In this document: piece after piece, positions 36,659 through 43,549 of the stretch
How positions within the stretch are numbered: the first letter of the stretch is position 1
Layout: every line of letters begins with the position of its first letter
Origin: Armatimonadota bacterium
Lineage (GTDB): Bacteria > Armatimonadota > Zipacnadia > Zipacnadales > UBA5352
Reading direction: 5' to 3'
Assembly (NCBI GenBank): GCA_034722055.1
Contig: JAYENL010000082.1
Coordinates: 1-43,549 of the forward strand
DNA length: 43,549 nt
Notes under the pieces: model-generated
The model's database searches: none
What the model was told of the DNA's origin: nothing
Seen by the model: only the letters and a program-made list of their open reading frames with translations
Position numbers and translations under genes: made by a program

Positions 36659-37642
36659 ATGAGCCTGCGAGCGGCGATCATCGGCCTGGGCGGCATCTCC
36701 ACCACGCATATCACCGGCTGGGACGAGACTCCCGGGGTGGGGCCGGTGGCGGGGGCGGACATCAACGAGGATGCCGTGGCCGCGGCCGAGGAGAATCACG
36801 GGCTGGCCGGATACTCGGACTGGCGGGAGATGCTGGACGCCGAGCAGCCGGACCTGGTGAGCATCTGCACTCCGCCCTTCCTGCACCCGGAGATGGCCGC
36901 GGAGTGCCTGCAGCGCGGCGTGCACGTGATGTGCGAGAAGCCCATGGCGGCGGATGTGGAGGGCGGGGAGGCCATGGCGGAGGCGGCCGCGAGCGCGGAT
37001 GCGCTGCTGATGATCGCCTACTGCCACCGCTTCCACGGGCCGGTCCTGGAGCTCAAGAGGCTGCTGGAGGAGGGCGTGCTGGGGAGGCCGGTGCTGTTCC
37101 GCGGCTGCTTCACGGGGCTGGCGAGTCAGGAGGGCGACCATCGCGCGATTCTGGAGCAGTCCGGTGGCGGGGCGCTCATGGACAACGGCTCGCATGCTGC
37201 CGACATCTACCAGTTTCTGCTGGGGAGGATCGCCAACGTCTCGTGCCGCGCGGGGACCTTCCTGCAGGACATGGAGACCGACGACGTGGCCCTGATGATC
37301 TTCGAGGGCGAGAACGGCTGCATCGGCGAGATCCTGGTGGGCTACTCCATCCCCCCGCAGTTCACCGAGTGGCGGATCACCGGCGAGAGGGGCATGCTGG
37401 AGCTGGAGACCTACTTCGCGGGGCCGGTGCGGTTCTGGTCCTCGGCGAACGATGAGTGGCGCACCTACGCCCCGGACATCAGCCAGACCCGCTTCCAGCG
37501 CCAGTTCGCGCACTTCGTCGAGTGCATCAACTCCGGCGCCCAGCCCATCTCCAACGCGCAGACCGCGCTGCACACCCAGCGCGCCATCGGCGCCGCCTAC
37601 GAGGCCGCCAAGACCAAAGGCGTCGCCGTGGAGGTAGAATAG
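36659..37642 (+). CDS. Gfo/Idh/MocA family oxidoreductase
   Basis: AIIGLGGI, ICTPPFLH, HVMCEKP, GGGALMDNGSHAAD. Confidence 0.93.
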   Translation: MSLRAAIIGLGGISTTHITGWDETPGVGPVAGADINEDAVAAAEENHGLAGYSDWREMLDAEQPDLVSICTPPFLHPEMAAECLQRGVHVMCEKPMAADVEGGEAMAEAAASADALLMIAYCHRFHGPVLELKRLLEEGVLGRPVLFRGCFTGLASQEGDHRAILEQSGGGALMDNGSHAADIYQFLLGRIANVSCRAGTFLQDMETDDVALMIFEGENGCIGEILVGYSIPPQFTEWRITGERGMLELETYFAGPVRFWSSANDEWRTYAPDISQTRFQRQFAHFVECINSGAQPISNAQTALHTQRAIGAAYEAAKTKGVAVEVE

Positions 37643-37670
37643 CCTATCTGTGCGATGGATGTACAACCGA

Positions 37671-37703
37671 GCGAGGCCGGCGGGGAGGGCCCGCCGGCCT
37701 CGC
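37671..37703. terminator. Perfect 14-bp hairpin between convergent genes, possible bidirectional terminator
   Basis: GCGAGGCCGGCGGG-GAGGG-CCCGCCGGCCTCGC; no long U tract. Confidence 0.55.
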
Positions 37704-37725
37704 GTGCGGTTCGTGTCGCCGATCG

Positions 37726-39639
37726 CTACTCCCCGGCGGGGACCTCCCAGCTATAGACGTGCGAGCCGTGCCCGAAGTAGATGCGGCCGTCCAGCCAGTC
37801 CCCGCCCGGCGCGATCCCCACCGGCGAGTCGGCCAGCATCTCGATCTCGTAGCTCTCCGGGTCCAGCTCCGCGATGCCGCTCACGAAGAGGATGAAGATG
37901 CGGCCGTCCGGCGCCTCCACGAAGACCCGAGGGCCCTGGCCGCTGGTGGTGGAGCCGAACTGCTCGGACACATCCTCCTGGTGCACGATCTCCCGGGCCT
38001 GGGGATCGAAGACGAAGAACACTGAGCGGCCGGCGAAGCCGAAGACCAGCCCGTCGGGCCCCAGGATCATGTCCGTGTAGTGGCCGACGCCGGGCAGCAG
38101 CGGCTCGTGCCACTCGATCTGGTTGGTCGCCATGTCGAAGAGGTACAGCTCGGCCTGCTCCGCCTTGCGCTCCCCGCCGGTCCCGGGTGAGACCGTGGTG
38201 CCGCCCAGCAGCTTCCCCTCGGGCAGCGCCACGAGCGACATGGTGGACTGCCACTGGAGCAGGTCCTCGTGGGCGAGGAGCGTCTCCTCGTCCGTCTCCG
38301 TGTCATAGATCAGCAGCCCGCCGCCGGTGAGGCCGTAGCCGGGCGTGCCCGCCATGATGACGTGCTGGCCGTCGGGATGCGCCAGGAGATCGTGGGGGCG
38401 GTTGATAACGCTGCCCGCCTCGGCGAGCAGGCGGGGGTTGGACTGCTCGTTGCCCCGCTCGGTGGGCACCCACTCCCGCGACGGGTCCCACACCTCCAGC
38501 AGGCCATGGGTGTATGCCCCGATGTAGAACAGGTCATCGGTCGGAGCCACGGTGTTCCACTGCCCGAGGGCGTCGCGGTTCACCCACTCATCGGTCTCGG
38601 GGTTGTAGCTGAAGAACCGCATGGGGAAGGCCGTTCCCCCGCAGATGGTATCATTGGACGCCGCCGCCAGGCCCATGATGTGCGCGCCCTCGGACGGGTA
38701 GTCGAACTCCAACACCCGCGTCTCGCCCTCGGCGGTCTCAACGCCCAGCTTGCGGTTCACCAGGTCCAGGTAGGCCAGCCTCTCTCCGGTCGGGAACTGC
38801 CGGTGGAACAGGCCCTGGCTGCCGGTGATGATCGGCTTGGGATTGCGCTCGGCTGGCTCCTCGATCTCCGTGGCCTGGCCCGCATACAGCTCGTACCATT
38901 GGCCTGCCGGCGACCTGCCGTAGACCTTCCCGTTGAGGTCGCGATAGACACTGGCCATGCCGTGGACCCGCTCATCCTCGGGGATGACCGGCGTGGCCTC
39001 GCCGCTCTCCCGGTTCAGGATGAGGATCTGGCAGGCCGTGCTGCCGACGCCGAAGTAGATCCATCCCTGATCGTCGGCGGCCACAGAGCGTGGATATTGC
39101 GCCCAGTTCTGATCGTAGACGTGCCCGTAGTCGCGGAACTCGCCGCTCTCGGGATTGTATGACGCCACGCCGCTGTGCGGGTAGGTGGCCGCCCAGATGA
39201 CGCCCTGATCGTCCTCCGTCATGCTCATCGCCACTCGCGGCACGGTCTCGGCCACGAAGGTGAACTCGCGCCTGGCGGGGTCGAACTCGATGAAGTGGCT
39301 CCCGTAGTGTGAGTAGAAGCGGTTGCGGCTGGAGAGCACCGAGGCGAATGGTGAGTCCCCGCTCCAGGGGACCTCAAACAGCTCCGCCTCTCCGGTGGTG
39401 GCATCCACCATCAGCAGCCCGTAGCCGCCGCGGTGATCCATCAGCCACGAAAGCACCACCGGATTGCCCTCGCCGTCAACGGTGGCGACGGTCCCTCTGT
39501 GGTTGCTGATGGGTGTGGCGACTCCGTGATCCATGAAGCCATTGCCCAGGTCTTCGCTCTCCCCGGCGGCCGGATAGGCGGCCGCGAGGATCGCGGGCAG
39601 CGCCAGCAGCGCCGCCATCTTCCATACTGTCATCTCCAC
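37726..39639 (-). CDS. Secreted beta-propeller protein, paralog 2
   Basis: Signal peptide, repeated blades (DDQGVIWAATYP, DDQGWIYFGVG, GPDGLVFG); 637 aa. Confidence 0.75.
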   Translation of the reverse strand: MEMTVWKMAALLALPAILAAAYPAAGESEDLGNGFMDHGVATPISNHRGTVATVDGEGNPVVLSWLMDHRGGYGLLMVDATTGEAELFEVPWSGDSPFASVLSSRNRFYSHYGSHFIEFDPARREFTFVAETVPRVAMSMTEDDQGVIWAATYPHSGVASYNPESGEFRDYGHVYDQNWAQYPRSVAADDQGWIYFGVGSTACQILILNRESGEATPVIPEDERVHGMASVYRDLNGKVYGRSPAGQWYELYAGQATEIEEPAERNPKPIITGSQGLFHRQFPTGERLAYLDLVNRKLGVETAEGETRVLEFDYPSEGAHIMGLAAASNDTICGGTAFPMRFFSYNPETDEWVNRDALGQWNTVAPTDDLFYIGAYTHGLLEVWDPSREWVPTERGNEQSNPRLLAEAGSVINRPHDLLAHPDGQHVIMAGTPGYGLTGGGLLIYDTETDEETLLAHEDLLQWQSTMSLVALPEGKLLGGTTVSPGTGGERKAEQAELYLFDMATNQIEWHEPLLPGVGHYTDMILGPDGLVFGFAGRSVFFVFDPQAREIVHQEDVSEQFGSTTSGQGPRVFVEAPDGRIFILFVSGIAELDPESYEIEMLADSPVGIAPGGDWLDGRIYFGHGSHVYSWEVPAGE

Positions 39640-39693
39640 GACGTATCAGCCTCCTGCTCGCTGGATGCGGCACATCTGGTGCGCGTTCCTGCG

Positions 39694-41607
39694 CTACTCC
39701 TCGCCGGGGACCTGCCAACTGTAGAGGTCCGAGCCGGCGTAGAAGTAGATGCGGCCGTCGAGGTAGTCGCCGCCCCCGCTGACGCCCACCGGCGAGTCGG
39801 CAAGCATCTCGATCTCGTAGGTCTCCGGGTTGAGCCGCGCGATGCCCCGGTTGAACAGGATGTAGATGGTGCCCTCCTCATCCTGCACGAAGGCCCGCGT
39901 GCCCTGCTGGTAGACGGTGCGGCCGAACTGCTCCTCGGTGTTCGCCTCGTGCACGATGCCCCGCTCCTCGGGGTCGAAGACGAAGAAGCGCCTCCCGTCC
40001 GCGAAGCCGAACACCTCGCCATTCGGGCCCATGATCATGTCCGGATAGCCGCCCACGCCGTCAAGCACCGGCTCGTGCCACTCGATCTGTTTGGTCTCCA
40101 TGTCGAGGATGTAAAGCTCGGCCAGGTCCGCCTTCTGCTCGCCGCCGGTCCCCGCCGAGATAGTGGTGCCCACCAGCAGGTTCCCGTCCGGCAGCGGCAC
40201 CAGGCTCATGGCCGAGTGCCATGGGATGAGGTCCTCGTGGGTGAGCACCTCCGCGGTCTCCTCCCGGCGGTCCCAGAACAGCAGGCCGCCGCCGGTGTAG
40301 CCGTAGCCGGGCGTGCCGGCCAGGATCACGTGGCGGCCGTCGGGATGGACCAGCAGGTCGTGGGGGCGATGGATGGTGGGCGTGGTCTGGGTCAGGAACC
40401 TGGGGTTGGACTCCGGGTTGCCCTTCTCGGTCGGCACCCACGGCCTGGCCGGGTCCCACTCCAGCAGGAACCCGCCGCCGTAGCCCCCCACGTAGAAGAG
40501 GCTGTCCGTCGGCGCGACCGTGTTCCACTGCCCGTACGCAGGCCGGTTGATCCACTCGTCGGTCTCGGGGTCGTAGCTGAAGAAGCGCATGGGGAAGGCC
40601 GTGCCGCCGCAGATGGTCCCGTCGGAGGCGGCGGCCAGGCCCATCAGGTGGGCGCCCTCACTGGTGTAGTCGAAGTCGAACTGTTGTGCCTCGCCGTCGG
40701 CGGTGGTGACGCGGATCTTCCGGTCGATGAGGTCCACCGCATCGAGTGTGCCGCCGTTGGGGAACTCGCGGTGGAAGAGCCCCTGATGGCTGGTGATGAT
40801 GGGCTTGGGGCTCTTCTCCTCCGGCTCCTCGATCTTCGTCGCCTGGCCCTCATACAGCTCGTACCATTGGCCGTTGGCGTTGCCGTAGACCTTGCCGTTG
40901 AGGTCGCGATAGACGCTTGCGGAGCCGTGCTCCCGCTCCTCCTCCGGGATCACCGGGATGGCCTCGCCGCTCTCGGGGTCGAGCATGATGATCTGGATGG
41001 CGGTCTTGCCGATGCCGAAGTAGATCCAGCCGGTGTCATCGGCCGCCATGTGCCGTGGGTACTCCCGCCAGTTCTGCTCGTAGACGTGCCCGTAGTCGCG
41101 GAACTCGCCCGTCGCCGGGTGGTAGGAGACCACGCCCGCCTGGGGATAGGTCGCCGACCAGATGCGGCCCTGGTCGTCCTCGGTCATGCTCATTGCCATC
41201 TGAGGGGCGGTCTCGTGCACGAAGGTGAAGCCGGGCTCGGTGGGGTCGAACTCCACGAAGTGGCTGCCGAAGTGCGTGTAGAAGCGATTGCGGCTCGACA
41301 GGATCGAGGAGTAGGGGCAGTCGCCGGTCTCGAAGGGCATGGGGAACTGCTCGGCCTCGCCGTTCGTGGCGTCGATCATCAGCAGCGCGTAGCCGCCGGT
41401 GTGGTCGAACAGCCACACCAGCGCGACCGGCGTGCCATCGCCATCGACCGTGGCCACGATGCCCCGGTGATTGCTCACCGGCGTGGCCGCGCCGTGGTGC
41501 ATGAAGCCATTGCCCAGGTCCTCACTCTGTCCCGCGACAACCTGGGCCGAGATAACGATGATCGGTATGGCCAGGATCAAGGCTGCCTTCCATGCCGTCA
41601 TGTCCAT
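39694..41607 (-). CDS. Secreted beta-propeller protein, paralog 1
   Basis: Colinear with 37726-39639 over its whole length; 637 aa. Confidence 0.75.
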   Translation of the reverse strand: MDMTAWKAALILAIPIIVISAQVVAGQSEDLGNGFMHHGAATPVSNHRGIVATVDGDGTPVALVWLFDHTGGYALLMIDATNGEAEQFPMPFETGDCPYSSILSSRNRFYTHFGSHFVEFDPTEPGFTFVHETAPQMAMSMTEDDQGRIWSATYPQAGVVSYHPATGEFRDYGHVYEQNWREYPRHMAADDTGWIYFGIGKTAIQIIMLDPESGEAIPVIPEEEREHGSASVYRDLNGKVYGNANGQWYELYEGQATKIEEPEEKSPKPIITSHQGLFHREFPNGGTLDAVDLIDRKIRVTTADGEAQQFDFDYTSEGAHLMGLAAASDGTICGGTAFPMRFFSYDPETDEWINRPAYGQWNTVAPTDSLFYVGGYGGGFLLEWDPARPWVPTEKGNPESNPRFLTQTTPTIHRPHDLLVHPDGRHVILAGTPGYGYTGGGLLFWDRREETAEVLTHEDLIPWHSAMSLVPLPDGNLLVGTTISAGTGGEQKADLAELYILDMETKQIEWHEPVLDGVGGYPDMIMGPNGEVFGFADGRRFFVFDPEERGIVHEANTEEQFGRTVYQQGTRAFVQDEEGTIYILFNRGIARLNPETYEIEMLADSPVGVSGGGDYLDGRIYFYAGSDLYSWQVPGEE

Positions 41608-41672
41608 CAGCGGTCATCCTCTCAGACAGGGCGCCGAGCGGGCATCCGGCGCCGTGGATTGTGCCGGTGCGA

Positions 41673-43082
41673 CTACCGCGGCTCCTCCCACTGCGGCTGG
41701 ATGAAGTCGTCGGTGTTGCGCATCCAGGCGACCAGCTCCGAGCGCATCTCGTCCACCACCTCCAGGTGCGCCGGCTGGTCGATGACGTTCTCCAGCTCGT
41801 CGGGGTCCCGCCGCAGGTCGAAGAGCTGATCGCGGTCGTCGTGGTGGTAGACGTACTTGTAGCGCTCGCCGATCACCGCCCGCATCTTGTGGCCGCCCAG
41901 CTTCCAGCCATTGTACTCCGAGAAGGTGTGGTCGCGCCAGTGGGCGTCGCCGTCGCGCAGCAGCGGGGCCATGCTCACCCCCTGCGCCCTCTCCAGCGGC
42001 TCCATGTGCAGCAGGTCGAGAACGGTCGGCGCCATGTCGGTCTGCGAGGTCAGGTGCTCGCGGCGGCCCGCCGCCATCCCCGGGACGCGCATGATGAACG
42101 GGATGTTGACGGACCGCTCGTAGAGCACCATCTTCTGGTAGATGCCGTGGGAGCCGAGCATCTCCCCGTGGTCGGTGGAGGCGATGACGATGCTGTCATC
42201 CAGCCGCCCGGCCTCCTCCAGCGCCCCCATCACCACGCCGTGGCAGTGATCGACGAAGGCCACGTAGCCGTAGTAGGCCGCGATGGCCGGCGCCCAGCGC
42301 TCCCACTGCCAGCCGGCCGTGCCCAGCACCCCCGGCGCCTCTCGCACTCCGCGAGGGGCGTCCGAGAGGTCCATGCCCAGGCCCGGCGGCGGCTCGATGT
42401 CGTCGGGGTCGAACATGCTCATGTAGGGCTCAGGCACCAGCAGCGGCGGATGCGGCCCCGCCAGCGAGCACCACACCGCGATGGGCTCGTCCTCGGGCGC
42501 GTCGAGGATGAACTGCGCGATGCGCTCCGCCCGCTGCATGTCCGGGTGCGCCCGCAGGGGCCTCTCCCACGTGGCCGGCACGGGCACCGAGATCTGCGCC
42601 GGCTCCTCGCCCTCATCGGTCAGCGTGTGCACGTCGGCGCGCTGATCGTCGGCGTCCAGGCCCACGGCGACGAGCGCCTCGCCCTGCTCGTCGTAGGGGA
42701 AGCTGCCGCGCCTGAAGTGCGCGTACTCGCCGGTGCGGTCGTCCTCCTCCGGCCGCCGGATGTGCCAGATGCCCTCATAGGCCACCCGGTAGCCGGCATC
42801 GTGCAGCCGGTCGATGAGCAGCTCCGAGCCCCCCTCGATCTCCTGGTAGCCCCTGCCGAAGCTGGTGGCCCCGTGGGCGTGCGGCCAGCGCCCGTTCATC
42901 ATCGACGGGCGCGTGGGGACACACAGCGGCGCGGCGCAGTAGTAGCGATCGAAGACGACGCCCTCCTCGGCGAGGCGGTCGAAGGTCGGCGTCTGCACCG
43001 GCCCGCCGTAGGGGCTGATGGCCTTGCGTTGAAGCTGATCGCACAGCAGCACAACGAGGCTCTGGCGTCGCGGCAGATCCAT
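41673..43082 (-). CDS. Sulfatase-like hydrolase
   Basis: LLCDQL, TPTFDRLAEEG, CVPTR (CxPxR), STDHGEMLGSHG..K, LFDL..DPDE. Confidence 0.9.
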   Translation of the reverse strand: MDLPRRQSLVVLLCDQLQRKAISPYGGPVQTPTFDRLAEEGVVFDRYYCAAPLCVPTRPSMMNGRWPHAHGATSFGRGYQEIEGGSELLIDRLHDAGYRVAYEGIWHIRRPEEDDRTGEYAHFRRGSFPYDEQGEALVAVGLDADDQRADVHTLTDEGEEPAQISVPVPATWERPLRAHPDMQRAERIAQFILDAPEDEPIAVWCSLAGPHPPLLVPEPYMSMFDPDDIEPPPGLGMDLSDAPRGVREAPGVLGTAGWQWERWAPAIAAYYGYVAFVDHCHGVVMGALEEAGRLDDSIVIASTDHGEMLGSHGIYQKMVLYERSVNIPFIMRVPGMAAGRREHLTSQTDMAPTVLDLLHMEPLERAQGVSMAPLLRDGDAHWRDHTFSEYNGWKLGGHKMRAVIGERYKYVYHHDDRDQLFDLRRDPDELENVIDQPAHLEVVDEMRSELVAWMRNTDDFIQPQWEEPR

Positions 43083-43221
43083 CGTATCTCCTCCCGGTGT
43101 ATGCCCGGTCCGGAGCGGCTCTCTTCATACATGTGACGAACCGTGGCGTACAGGTACCAGGTGCTGACTGGCGGAAGCTTCCCGTTGCTGCACGTTACGC
43201 CAACGCGTCTGCTTCCGTTGT

Positions 43222-43275
43222 GGAGGGGCCGTCCTGAAGGGCGGTTGCCTGAGCAACCGCACCGAAGCCGGCCCC
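43222..43275 (+). repeat. GGAG-headed structured hairpin repeat, copy D
   Basis: GGAGGGGCCG-TCCTGAAGG-GCGGTTGC(CTGA)GCAACCGC-ACCGAAGC-CGGCCCC. Confidence 0.75.
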
Positions 43276-43340
43276 GTCGTTGTCTTCGCGCGCCTCTTTC
43301 TGGCGCGCTCAGGCGGCCCCCCCGCCGAGGCCGGCCCGTC

Positions 43341-43424
43341 TCAGTTCATGTCCTTCACGAAGTCCAGCACCTCTCGGGCGTGCCCCTCAGGGCTGACCCT
43401 CCGCCACATCTTCGCGACCTTCCC
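43341..43424 (-). pseudogene. 3' fragment of a peroxiredoxin (BCP-like) gene
   Basis: GKVAKMWRRVSPEGHAREVLDFVK matches BCP C-termini; the upstream part of this frame does not look like BCP. Confidence 0.55.
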
Positions 43425-43548
43425 GGATCGCCGTGGCCTCCTCGCGGACCATGGCCCGCAGCCTGGGCGCTGAGGCGATCTGCCGGATGAAGTCGGCCAC
43501 GACTTTGTCCACTGCGTCCGCTCGCTTGCTGAAGCCATCGCAAGTGCG
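43387..43548 (-). CDS. Partial ORF entering from the window edge, possibly the post-zinc-ribbon part of a large serine recombinase
   Basis: Own translation: RTCDGFSKRADAVDKVVADFIRQIASAPRLRAMVREEATAIREGREDVAEGQP*; weak resemblance only. Confidence 0.3.
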   Translation of the reverse strand, partial: RTCDGFSKRADAVDKVVADFIRQIASAPRLRAMVREEATAIREGREDVAEGQP

Positions 43549-43549
43549 G

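Overview
GC-rich bacterial DNA; the organism cannot be fixed from this window. All family calls come from reading motifs by eye, with no database searches. The window has three parts. (1) 1-2887: end of an operon encoding a TOBE-domain ABC ATPase, a membrane 4Fe-4S protein and a PQQ-type beta-propeller. (2) About 3073-18424: a 15 kb accessory island of nine signalling/conflict-type genes. These encode a RyR-like/TPR/SLOG/class III cyclase fusion, a MotA/ExbB-type channel with zinc ribbons and a long tail, two ExbD-like partners, a DnaJ-type zinc-finger membrane protein, a TIR protein, a CHAT (caspase-like) protease with an FGE-like domain, a tandem SLATT membrane protein and a degenerate-PfkB/AAA+/SLOG protein. 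A truncated gene and an IS630 remnant lie at its right edge. This island is the best candidate for an undescribed defence/conflict system. (3) 18846-43549: housekeeping and glycan-catabolic genes (sialidase-like, URO-D family, kptA, DUF3160, flavin reductase, DUF4846, tandem PurS-like, TPP enzyme, GH127, two sulfatases, Gfo/Idh/MocA, duplicated beta-propellers). Their long intergenic regions carry REP-like hairpins, including a dispersed GGAG-headed hairpin whose inner stem changes sequence but stays paired. No rRNA, tRNA or CRISPR array was seen.
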